A DNA stretch of 64,000 nt, taken from positions 9,013 to 73,012 of the forward strand of contig CAYOOO010000004.1 of the NCBI GenBank assembly GCA_964405655.1. The letters run 5' to 3'. The DNA comes from an uncultured Gammaproteobacteria bacterium (GTDB lineage: Bacteria > Patescibacteriota > Microgenomatia > Daviesbacterales > UBA10151). Each line of letters begins with the position of its first letter. Position 1 is the first letter of the stretch. Positions 56,138 through 64,000 of this stretch are shown piece after piece. Position numbers and translations under genes: made by a program. The notes below the pieces were generated by a model. The model saw only the letters and a program-made list of their open reading frames with translations, was not told the DNA's origin and did no database searches.

Positions 56138-57598
56138 CTAGCTTACCCTCTCCTCAGGCTGTTTGATATTGGCAATCCTGGGAAACAGGAAGATAATTAT
56201 CAAAAAATAGATCAGGGTGGCTAAAGATAGGCTTTGAGCTACAGTAACAAAGGTCCTATCAGGACTTTGTGGTCTGGCTATACCACCAACTCCTAAAGCT
56301 TTTTGAACTAAAATTGGTGCCTCACTGACTTCTTTTTGGGCAGCCTTAACACTAAAGTAGCTACTCATTCCCAGCATTACAATCAGAGCAGTTGAGATTA
56401 GGATCAGGAATGAGAAGATAACTGTACTTTTGAGCCTAATCAAATAGTTTTTAATCAGAAACTGAGAAAGAGGAGTAAATAAGACTGCTACTGCAAAAGA
56501 GGTAGCTACAGAAAGTTCGATTAGATATCTTTCAGCAGTAAAAATCCCAGTCACTCTAAGGTTTTTACTAATCCAATAGAGGCCAAGATAGATCGATAGC
56601 ATGACAATTCCTAGGAAAAATGGCTGGAGTTTAACCCGGCGGTCAAAAATTAGATACAGAAGCGTTCCGACAACTGGAACCAGTGGTATAGTTATTGGCA
56701 AAGAACGAAGCAAACCATTTATTGCGAATTCAACATGTTTTAAGCTCATAATAGTCTGTAAGTTTGAGGGTAGATACCAAAAAAGAGAAAGCCCAAAGGC
56801 TGAAGCTACGACAAAGATTAGCCTGATAATTTTAACTTTTAAGTTTCCTTGAAAAATGCCAGCCACTGTCAGTATCAAATAAAGTATCATCAAGTTAAAT
56901 GTAGCAAAGGGGGAGATAATTGCTATTGCAGCAGTTCCTAAGGCTGTAGCAATACCAGCTGTAGATAAACCAGAGGATAAGAAAGACTGTAAACCTATTA
57001 AAAGCAGCGGAATAAAGGAGAAAGCTAAGGCATGAGCACCGTCGCCATTTAAGATTGCCCCAATCAAAGGTAATCCTTGTTTTAAAAAAGGATTTGGCAG
57101 GACAAATAGCAAAGTCGCCAAAAAAGCAATTGAATCATGTTTTAAAACATTTCTTCGAACAAACAGATAGAAGCTTAAAGGGGCTGTAGATAAAGCTAAG
57201 ACCGTCAGGACTAAGAAAAATTGGTACCTTGTCAATATATTCAACCCTTCAAGAAAATTAGATACCATCATCAAAGCTTGAGATGAGGCGAAAGCTGGAG
57301 TTAAGTTAAGCTGAAAAATGGGCATAACGAAAAAGAGATTAAGTACATAAATAGTTACTAAGAAGACCAGGCTGACTATGTTTAGATCTCCTCCCTCACT
57401 CCAAAGAAAGTTTTTCTCAATATTATTGGCAAAACTGGTATTACCAAGTCTATTGGAAAAACGAATACCTCTTTTTAGATCAGTTGTTAGATCTGGTTCT
57501 AAATTTTCAGGATTTGAACTATTATTTTGTTCAATCAGCTTAGGATCAGATACAGTTTGATCTTCCTTGACAGGAAGCGTTTTGGGCAGTTTTTTCAT
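56138..57598 (-). CDS. GT-C-like membrane protein lacking the large extracytoplasmic domain
   Basis: GDGAHALA (cf. GEGPH of the paralog), LSLFWY, ERY; about 13 TM helices. Confidence 0.65.
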   Translation of the reverse strand: MKKLPKTLPVKEDQTVSDPKLIEQNNSSNPENLEPDLTTDLKRGIRFSNRLGNTSFANNIEKNFLWSEGGDLNIVSLVFLVTIYVLNLFFVMPIFQLNLTPAFASSQALMMVSNFLEGLNILTRYQFFLVLTVLALSTAPLSFYLFVRRNVLKHDSIAFLATLLFVLPNPFLKQGLPLIGAILNGDGAHALAFSFIPLLLIGLQSFLSSGLSTAGIATALGTAAIAIISPFATFNLMILYLILTVAGIFQGNLKVKIIRLIFVVASAFGLSLFWYLPSNLQTIMSLKHVEFAINGLLRSLPITIPLVPVVGTLLYLIFDRRVKLQPFFLGIVMLSIYLGLYWISKNLRVTGIFTAERYLIELSVATSFAVAVLFTPLSQFLIKNYLIRLKSTVIFSFLILISTALIVMLGMSSYFSVKAAQKEVSEAPILVQKALGVGGIARPQSPDRTFVTVAQSLSLATLIYFLIIIFLFPRIANIKQPEERVS

Positions 57599-57658
57599 AA
57601 ATTTGAAGCTTACAACTAATCTTAGTCATATATTTTAGGAAATATCAATAGGTTATTT

Positions 57659-59491
57659 TCAATAGTCTTCTGTATCAACAGAGCTCTTTCTTAAAATTTT
57701 TGTTAACAAAGGATAGAAATAATCATAAAAAACAAATACAACAAACAATATCAAAAACAAAAACATGAGTGGTATTAACCAACTAACTCTAAAAAGCTGA
57801 AATTTTAATAAATAGTTTTGTTTTCCAGTTTGCTTGGGAATCAAAACCATATTACCAAGGCTATCTGAAGTAAGCTTGCCTTGACCAGATACAATATCCC
57901 AACCTGGATGGTAGGTTATAGCTAGAGAAATAATCTTACTTTTATCCAAATCTGCCTCAATCTCAATCTGGTTTGGTCTAAGAACTACCTGGTGCAAATT
58001 ATCTTTCAATTTTGATACATACTGATTTACCCTAATATTATCTGATCCATCTTTAGGAGGCTTTAAATTTAATAAACTTTTATCAGCAATCCTGACTAAG
58101 TTACCAGAGTCTAACTTAAATATAAAATCTCCTTGCTTATTACCAATAGTTTGCCAGTTTTTAAACTTATCAATAAATCTAAAATCTTTAAAATATTCCC
58201 TAGATTCTTCTTGATTAACCAAGATAAAATTTGTTCCTAAGGCTTCGAGCCACTTTTTAGATAGATCTCCATCTGCTTCTTCCCTGATTTGATAGGCAGC
58301 ATGACGCCAAAAAGGATGAACTGAAGCCTCATCCACTCCCCCTCTGAGCTGCATTAGATTTAATTTAGAATTTAGCCAAAATACAGCTGAACCTGAAGTA
58401 AATATCCGCTGATTAGCAGGCACATCTTTCAATAAACCCAGGATATCTTTCTGATAGGTTAAGTTTTTTGAATCTGTCCAAGTTTTAAATATTTGAAAAT
58501 AGATTAAAACTGACAGCCCAAAAACTAAAACCAAAGCTAATAAGCCCCATTTTTTAACTCTGTCCTTAGCAAAAAAACTAGATAAAATTAGTGCTAACCC
58601 AAACTGGATCTCGCTTGTAAAACTAATCCAATCTATCAAAAAATCAGGATCAGAAATAAATCTAAATAGGCTTAAGAACCCGAAAGCAGTTAGAAAGAAA
58701 AGACTAAATTTTGATAGAAAAGAAAGCTTGATCTTTTTTAGCTTGACTACCCACAAGGCAATTATTATTGGTAATAGGTTAAAAAGGAATGAAAAAATCA
58801 GTTTGATTAAAGAAAAAAGTGGCTTCCCACTCAAGGAAGGATTTTTTAAGATAGCCCACCAAACCTCGCTAGTATACCAAAAAGAGATAGTAACTAAGGC
58901 TAAACAAATTAGTAAAATTATTTTAAAAATTAGATATACTCTTAGGGATTTTTTAACTTCTATAGTTAGAAAAAGGCAGATTAAACCTATCAAAATAGTC
59001 AATAATGACGAAATATTAATTAATACAGCAAATACTACTAAAATATATAAATATAGATCATTTTTTAAGTTATTTTTAGTTAAAAAGTTACAAAATTGAT
59101 AAAAAATCCAGATAGAAACTGATAAAGCTATCATTTGCAAACCACTAGAAAAACTAAGCAAAAAGTAGCTTAAAGGAAGGGTTAAAAACAACACTTGTGC
59201 TAGTATTGATTGTCTTTTTTCTGCTCCTAACCTTTTTGTTAACTTGTATACTCCCAAACTTCCAAAGATTACAGCCAAAAACATCAAAATAAAATAGCCT
59301 GTGGTTGTATCAAGTCTTAATAAGCTTTTAAAAATCCATAAACTAATTGGTATAACTGGTCCAATTAAAAAGTTAAAGGGATTGCCAAGGTACCAGTTGG
59401 GATACCAGCTGAAGTCGGGAAAATTTTTAATAAAGAAGTCTGATAAAGCAATTACCGAGGGTATTAAGGATGTTTGGGGAATATTAAGCAT
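57659..59491 (-). CDS. GT-C/YfhO-like (PF10131-type) membrane protein
   Basis: WYPNWYLGNPF, ISFWY, QLRGGVDEAS, YHPGW, DSLGNMVL. Confidence 0.75.
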   Translation of the reverse strand: MLNIPQTSLIPSVIALSDFFIKNFPDFSWYPNWYLGNPFNFLIGPVIPISLWIFKSLLRLDTTTGYFILMFLAVIFGSLGVYKLTKRLGAEKRQSILAQVLFLTLPLSYFLLSFSSGLQMIALSVSIWIFYQFCNFLTKNNLKNDLYLYILVVFAVLINISSLLTILIGLICLFLTIEVKKSLRVYLIFKIILLICLALVTISFWYTSEVWWAILKNPSLSGKPLFSLIKLIFSFLFNLLPIIIALWVVKLKKIKLSFLSKFSLFFLTAFGFLSLFRFISDPDFLIDWISFTSEIQFGLALILSSFFAKDRVKKWGLLALVLVFGLSVLIYFQIFKTWTDSKNLTYQKDILGLLKDVPANQRIFTSGSAVFWLNSKLNLMQLRGGVDEASVHPFWRHAAYQIREEADGDLSKKWLEALGTNFILVNQEESREYFKDFRFIDKFKNWQTIGNKQGDFIFKLDSGNLVRIADKSLLNLKPPKDGSDNIRVNQYVSKLKDNLHQVVLRPNQIEIEADLDKSKIISLAITYHPGWDIVSGQGKLTSDSLGNMVLIPKQTGKQNYLLKFQLFRVSWLIPLMFLFLILFVVFVFYDYFYPLLTKILRKSSVDTEDY

Positions 59492-60089
59492 TGAACTTCG
59501 CCTCTTCTAAGTTTTTCTTCTCTTCCAGAACAAATGAGTAGCTGAACCACCAAAATAGGAACAACCAACCTACTATAGCCAGCGTTGACCCCCAATCATG
59601 AAAGATAATCCCAACTCTTTGTCCGAAAAAATAGGCTATTAGTACTACAACTACTATTCTTATAAGATTAATAAGAAAGGTGCCTAAAAGCCCAATCAGC
59701 CAGGCCTTGACCTTAGAAATATTAGTGTATTTTTCGCCTTGAAAACCTATCCAGCCTGTCATGATAAAAAACAGCAGCGACTGCCAGCCAATACAGTTCC
59801 AAGCCAGCTCAATTAGAAAAGGACTTTTACCTGAGTTAATCGCTAAATACTCCCCGACTACCTCAGGTTTAAAACCAAGCGGGTAAAGTATCACGCCAAC
59901 CATTCTGATCTCCCAGGGAACAACAATGTTTTGAATAACTTTATAGTAATCAAGCCTAATAACCATTCTGGTTAAAAGATCATTAAATGTATTCATAAAA
60001 GGCAAAATAACCAGCATCAAAACCAGGATTAAAAAGATATAGAGGAAAGTCTGTTTTTGATTATTAGCTTTTACTAGTCTTTTTTCCAT
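59484..60089 (-). CDS. Exosortase/archaeosortase family transpeptidase
   Basis: IELAWNC(99)IGWQS, N(141)LIR(144)I, FH(164)D: the Cys-Arg-His triad in a 201-aa polytopic protein. Confidence 0.9.
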   Translation of the reverse strand: MEKRLVKANNQKQTFLYIFLILVLMLVILPFMNTFNDLLTRMVIRLDYYKVIQNIVVPWEIRMVGVILYPLGFKPEVVGEYLAINSGKSPFLIELAWNCIGWQSLLFFIMTGWIGFQGEKYTNISKVKAWLIGLLGTFLINLIRIVVVVLIAYFFGQRVGIIFHDWGSTLAIVGWLFLFWWFSYSFVLEEKKNLEEAKFNA

Positions 60090-60092
60090 ATT

Positions 60093-60953
60093 TTAAGGTT
60101 TTGAAAGAGTTAGATCTTCGATTGGACCAATAAAAATACTGTTATTTTTTCTGGTGGCAATTCGCTCAGGATTCGTCTCAACCTTTAAAACTCCGTTAAT
60201 AAAGATCTTCTTGACCCTCTTCTCACCTGTAAAATCCCAGGTCAGGGTAACCTCGAATGTTTTACCCTGATAATCTGATCCTAAATCTGCATCCGGTTCC
60301 GGATCATCTGATCCTGAATGACCGTTATTATCATAGGTATCAAAAACTAAAAGTCTCCCTGAACCTGCAATAATAAATGCACCCCTGTTATCAGAGTTAT
60401 TATAGCTTGCCAAAACCAAGGTTCTATCTTTATCCCCTCCCTCAATAGGCCAATCAGCTTTAACGCTAAATTTAATAGTGCCTTGTTTAATATTAAACAT
60501 TTCATTCCCGCTGTAGGCTTTCAAATTACCAATATCCTTAATACCAAATAACTGAATCTGCTCCCGACGAGGCTGGAAATCATCCGGGACTGTAAAGTTA
60601 TTAGCTAGGCTTTGGGATAGTTCAGATTGCTCTTCTTTTTTAACGCCACCTTGATTGTTTTGGACAGAAGAAGATGGTCTAGGGGTTGATTTTGCTGATG
60701 AATCGGTTGCACTCTTGGCTGAGGAGGTACTGTTTGGTAGATTTTGACCCTTATCTAATAATTGACTGTCTAAGAATTCTCTTGGGACTGACGGGTTTTT
60801 AATTCCTAATAAAACTCCAACAAAAACTATTATTGCCATTATATCAATCACCATCAAAAGTCTCTTAATTTTTTTGGAAGTCAAAAAGTTAGCTTTTTGA
60901 TAGTTTAAATTAGGTTTTTGATGTTTAAAATGTTTTTGGCTAAAATTTGTCAT
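60093..60953 (-). CDS. Membrane-anchored protein with LamG/ConA-like domain
   Basis: One TM helix, Ser-rich linker, GTIKFSVKADW...VTLTWD...KIFINGVLK. Confidence 0.7.
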   Translation of the reverse strand: MTNFSQKHFKHQKPNLNYQKANFLTSKKIKRLLMVIDIMAIIVFVGVLLGIKNPSVPREFLDSQLLDKGQNLPNSTSSAKSATDSSAKSTPRPSSSVQNNQGGVKKEEQSELSQSLANNFTVPDDFQPRREQIQLFGIKDIGNLKAYSGNEMFNIKQGTIKFSVKADWPIEGGDKDRTLVLASYNNSDNRGAFIIAGSGRLLVFDTYDNNGHSGSDDPEPDADLGSDYQGKTFEVTLTWDFTGEKRVKKIFINGVLKVETNPERIATRKNNSIFIGPIEDLTLSKP

Positions 60954-63900
60954 AATCTTTTACTCTCCCTTAATTTCTTTAGTAAGCCTGGTAAAAACGG
61001 CACCAGAAGCACCAAAACCAAGGTTTTTTCTGGCAAAGTACCAAACTCAAAGTTAGACCCCTGCCTAAGTACCACACCGATCTGGCTAGTCCCGTAGCCA
61101 GACAGAGGCCCTGAGATATTACCTAAATCTCCGGCCGTAAATTTATAAGAGTATGTTGATCCCCAAGAGATTGAGCTGGCAGCGCTGTCAATAAAATAGG
61201 CCTGCTCACTGGTATCCATAATTCCATGGGCATAGATCCTGGTATTTTGAGAATCATAAGTTAGGGAAACCTGGGTTAGGTTAGTCTGGCTGGTAAAAGG
61301 GGCTGTTAAACTGGTAACTGAAGGGAAGGCATTGGTGGTTGTGACATCGGCAAATTGAACAGTTGGTACTCCGGCGCTATCTGTATCGTAATAAGCAAAT
61401 TTACAATCTGTACTGCTTGGACAATAGACTGCTCCTTTAAATCTGGGGCCGGGCATGGCTTGAACTGATCCAGAAGAACAGCCGGCATTATCGCAATCTA
61501 CAAAATTAAGTCCGTAGTCATTGATATCTGAAATATAGGTTAATTTGCAATCAGTGGCAGACGAACAATACATCGAGACAGAGGGGTAATTATTGACATC
61601 TTGCTTAGCACTATTTGGCCCATCATCAATATCTCCAGCCGTACTATCAATCGTTGTAACAGAATCAGTTGCAGAACAAGTAGTCGTGCTGGTAGAGCAA
61701 TCTATAAAGAAAACATCGCTAGTACTGGGATCATTATAGACAATTTTGCAGTCAGAGGAAGCAAAACACTTGATTGACATAGCCACTGAGTTATCTACCC
61801 CTCCAACAGACGCATCCAAGGTTGTGCTTGTGCCTGTTGAGCAGCCAGCATTACCGCAGTCCCTAAAAATTAAATCCGAACTAGCCTGAGTGTGCCAGAC
61901 TAATTTGCAGTCAGTTACTCCCAAGTTACAATCCATCGAGACAAAAACTCTAGCAGCGCCGGCGTTCCCATCAACGTCAGTTGTGGCATTAGGCACGCTG
62001 CAAGATCCATCATTGCAATCAAGGAAGGTGACATCATTTGTGACAGGATCATTATATAAAACCCGGCAATCTGTACTTCCGCCTGTACAATCAACATCAC
62101 TATGGGAAGTATCAGCCGCCCCTCCTAAATCACTATCAAGCGTGCTGGTAGCGTCTGTAGTCGAACAAGCTGAATTTGAACAATCAATCATTTTTAGTAA
62201 AGGGGTGGCTGTATCCATGTCATCACCATAGACAACTTTGCAGTCTGTGCTTGAGACGCACCAGATTGAGGGATTGGCAGCATCAGAAGAATCACCAATA
62301 TCAGAATCTAGCGTTGTGGTAGTGCCTGTTGAACAAGTTGCATCATCACAATCCCTAAAAATCAGCTTAGGGGCGGTTGTGTCCAAATCATCTGTATAAA
62401 CAAACTTACAGTCAGTAGCTGACACGCAGTACATATCAATATCTGATAAACCATCATAACCAATTGCTCCTGTATCGCTGTCGATTGAGGTCTCGGTAAA
62501 ATCAGTTGTGCAGCATTTATAAAAATTGGTCGAGGTTGTGCCTGAGACTGATAAAACCCAGACAGTTGTTCCATCGGTGGTGACAGAGTAAACATTATCT
62601 GTCACTGAGGCGATGGTTAGATTGTTAGTTGTCCAATCAACTGTTCTGGCATTTAACTCAGAGTAAGATAGATCTCCGTCCTGAAAAACCATCCCAACTC
62701 TGGAAGCACCATCAATGTTTATTACCACTGGCCGATCACTGGCTGTTAGACCATTACCAAAGGTAATCAGAGAGGTGGTGACAGCAGTAGAAGTACAAGT
62801 TCCGTCAAGTCCAGTCACATAATTGACTCCAACAGAGGTTCCTGTTGAGGTATCAGAGTAAGCCATCACTGCAGTCCTCCCATCCACAGCTACCACACTA
62901 GGCATATAGGTTGTGCCCAGCGAGGATGCGACAATAGTACATTTTGTACCTAAGGCATCTGAAGCAGCTAAATCAATTATCTTGCCCTCAATACCAGTAG
63001 TGGTTGTCGAGTCCTGCCAAACAGCAACTATGCTTGAAGCGTTATAGGAGACCGAAATGTTATTATTATCTGCATCTGCTGAATCAATATCAACAGCTGC
63101 TGCCCAGCTCGAGCCACCATTAGTAGATTTTTTATAAGAAACGCTTTGACCGTCAGCATAAAAGGCATACCAGTTAATTGTCCCTGAAAGATCTGTGTAA
63201 TAAATCTTCATCGAGATATAGTCAACAGAGGCGGTATTTGTTCCCTTAGTCCCTGAGGTATCTCGATAGGAAAATCCAATTCCAAAATTGGCATTAGTCA
63301 CATCTGATCTGCTCAAACTCACCCCCCAAAGCTGTTTGTTGCCTCCATAGGTGATAGTAGCCTCAGTTGTAGGTATAGCTGCGTTAGTACTTTTATCATC
63401 GCCAACTAACCTTCCCGCCTTGTATAGCCTGATAGAATTCTCCTGTAAACCAGCTGCAGCTGCTTTCCTCTCGACATTGACCTCGATACCATCAATTACC
63501 GCAGTCGATGGTATAGTGGAGAAATCAAAGTTAGTCACCTTAAGATAGCCTGATGTGTATTGACCGGCAGTAGTGACCACGGCTGTTGCATAAGTATTAT
63601 TACTAGATATAGCGTTAGAGGGATTGGTCCAAGAGACGTACCCGATAGTTCGATCGCTCTCAAAACTAGCTCCGGCAATATGTCCAACTGTACCTGTAGA
63701 AGAAGAGACTGCTACCACCTTCCTTTGCATGCTGCCATAGCTAGTTTCCCCCTCAGTAATTCCGCCTGAAACTATGACTGTTGGGTCAATCACGATTGGA
63801 AATTCTCTCTTGCTTTCTTTTAACCATTCTAAGGCTTTCCTATTGATATGCTTTGTTAGCTTATAACCAAGCTGCTGTTTTTCCATAGTGATAGAAAGAT

Positions 63901-64000
63901 CATTATTTTTAACTTGTTTGGCATCTTGGGCAAAAGGAGCGGCATATTTGAAAATCTCTTGACCATCTTCGGTAAAGATCCCGAAGGTATCAGGCCTATC
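60950..64000 (-). CDS. Large modular surface protein with Cys-rich propeller repeats and PEP/PEF-CTERM-like tail; 5' end outside window
   Basis: Frame is open beyond 63886 to 64000; FPIVIDPT motif, Asp-box KSTNGGSSW, seven TDCK-type repeats, tail TLPEKTLVLVLLVPFLPGLLKKLRESKRL. Confidence 0.88.
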   Translation of the reverse strand, partial: DRPDTFGIFTEDGQEIFKYAAPFAQDAKQVKNNDLSITMEKQQLGYKLTKHINRKALEWLKESKREFPIVIDPTVIVSGGITEGETSYGSMQRKVVAVSSSTGTVGHIAGASFESDRTIGYVSWTNPSNAISSNNTYATAVVTTAGQYTSGYLKVTNFDFSTIPSTAVIDGIEVNVERKAAAAGLQENSIRLYKAGRLVGDDKSTNAAIPTTEATITYGGNKQLWGVSLSRSDVTNANFGIGFSYRDTSGTKGTNTASVDYISMKIYYTDLSGTINWYAFYADGQSVSYKKSTNGGSSWAAAVDIDSADADNNNISVSYNASSIVAVWQDSTTTTGIEGKIIDLAASDALGTKCTIVASSLGTTYMPSVVAVDGRTAVMAYSDTSTGTSVGVNYVTGLDGTCTSTAVTTSLITFGNGLTASDRPVVINIDGASRVGMVFQDGDLSYSELNARTVDWTTNNLTIASVTDNVYSVTTDGTTVWVLSVSGTTSTNFYKCCTTDFTETSIDSDTGAIGYDGLSDIDMYCVSATDCKFVYTDDLDTTAPKLIFRDCDDATCSTGTTTTLDSDIGDSSDAANPSIWCVSSTDCKVVYGDDMDTATPLLKMIDCSNSACSTTDATSTLDSDLGGAADTSHSDVDCTGGSTDCRVLYNDPVTNDVTFLDCNDGSCSVPNATTDVDGNAGAARVFVSMDCNLGVTDCKLVWHTQASSDLIFRDCGNAGCSTGTSTTLDASVGGVDNSVAMSIKCFASSDCKIVYNDPSTSDVFFIDCSTSTTTCSATDSVTTIDSTAGDIDDGPNSAKQDVNNYPSVSMYCSSATDCKLTYISDINDYGLNFVDCDNAGCSSGSVQAMPGPRFKGAVYCPSSTDCKFAYYDTDSAGVPTVQFADVTTTNAFPSVTSLTAPFTSQTNLTQVSLTYDSQNTRIYAHGIMDTSEQAYFIDSAASSISWGSTYSYKFTAGDLGNISGPLSGYGTSQIGVVLRQGSNFEFGTLPEKTLVLVLLVPFLPGLLKKLRESKRL
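61343..62440 (-). repeat. Seven ~50-60 aa Cys-rich protein repeats
   Basis: Consensus C-x3-5-[TS]DC[KR]-h-h-[YW]-x-D...h-x-F-x-DC-x4-6-CS...[TD]-h-D; six full copies and one partial. Confidence 0.85.

Noticed and set aside
1686-63769. Numerous 60-150 aa track ORFs nested in or antisense to larger genes (e.g. 13444-13887, 58728-59099, 61890-62231)
   Set aside because: Fully overlap well-supported CDSs and show no motifs; treated as shadow ORFs.
1-64000. Alternative genetic code (UGA = Gly) as in Gracilibacteria/SR1
   Set aside because: Long genes translate intact under code 11, and TGA ends several genes at coupled junctions (822, 5990, 26029, 60950).

Overview
AT-rich bacterial chromosomal segment (standard code; TAA/TAG/TGA all used as stops). 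Gene content suggests a CPR/Patescibacteria, Microgenomates-like organism, but that is inference. (1) 1-8.0 kb: arylsulfotransferase-like gene (5' truncated), GT-C glycosyltransferase, orphan solute-binding lipoprotein, NAD epimerase, PaaK-like ligase and membrane-anchored unknowns. (2) 8.0-13 kb: two tRNA-Ala genes, histidine phosphatase, class A beta-lactamase-like serine hydrolase, LysM-M23 peptidase and rho. (3) 13-17.4 kb: secreted/surface proteins (one with LPKTG) around a ~900 bp mostly non-coding hub with DnaA boxes, several sigma70 promoters and two oppositely oriented structured RNAs whose loops are complementary. (4) 17.5-53.5 kb: a very large surface-glycan locus (8 GT2, 5 GT4 genes, 5 GT-C-type membrane proteins, 5 methyltransferases, Wzx flippase, RmlD-like reductase, SGNH + carbamoyltransferase cassette). 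(5) 53.5-64 kb: a minus-strand operon with a large Cys-repeat surface protein ending in an 'LPEK'-TM-basic tail, a LamG-like protein, a short exosortase/archaeosortase and three GT-C (PF10131/YfhO-like) membrane proteins. Best candidates for an undescribed system: the exosortase-cargo-GT-C operon and the kissing-loop RNA pair between DnaA boxes. All family assignments come from motif recognition by eye; no searches were run.
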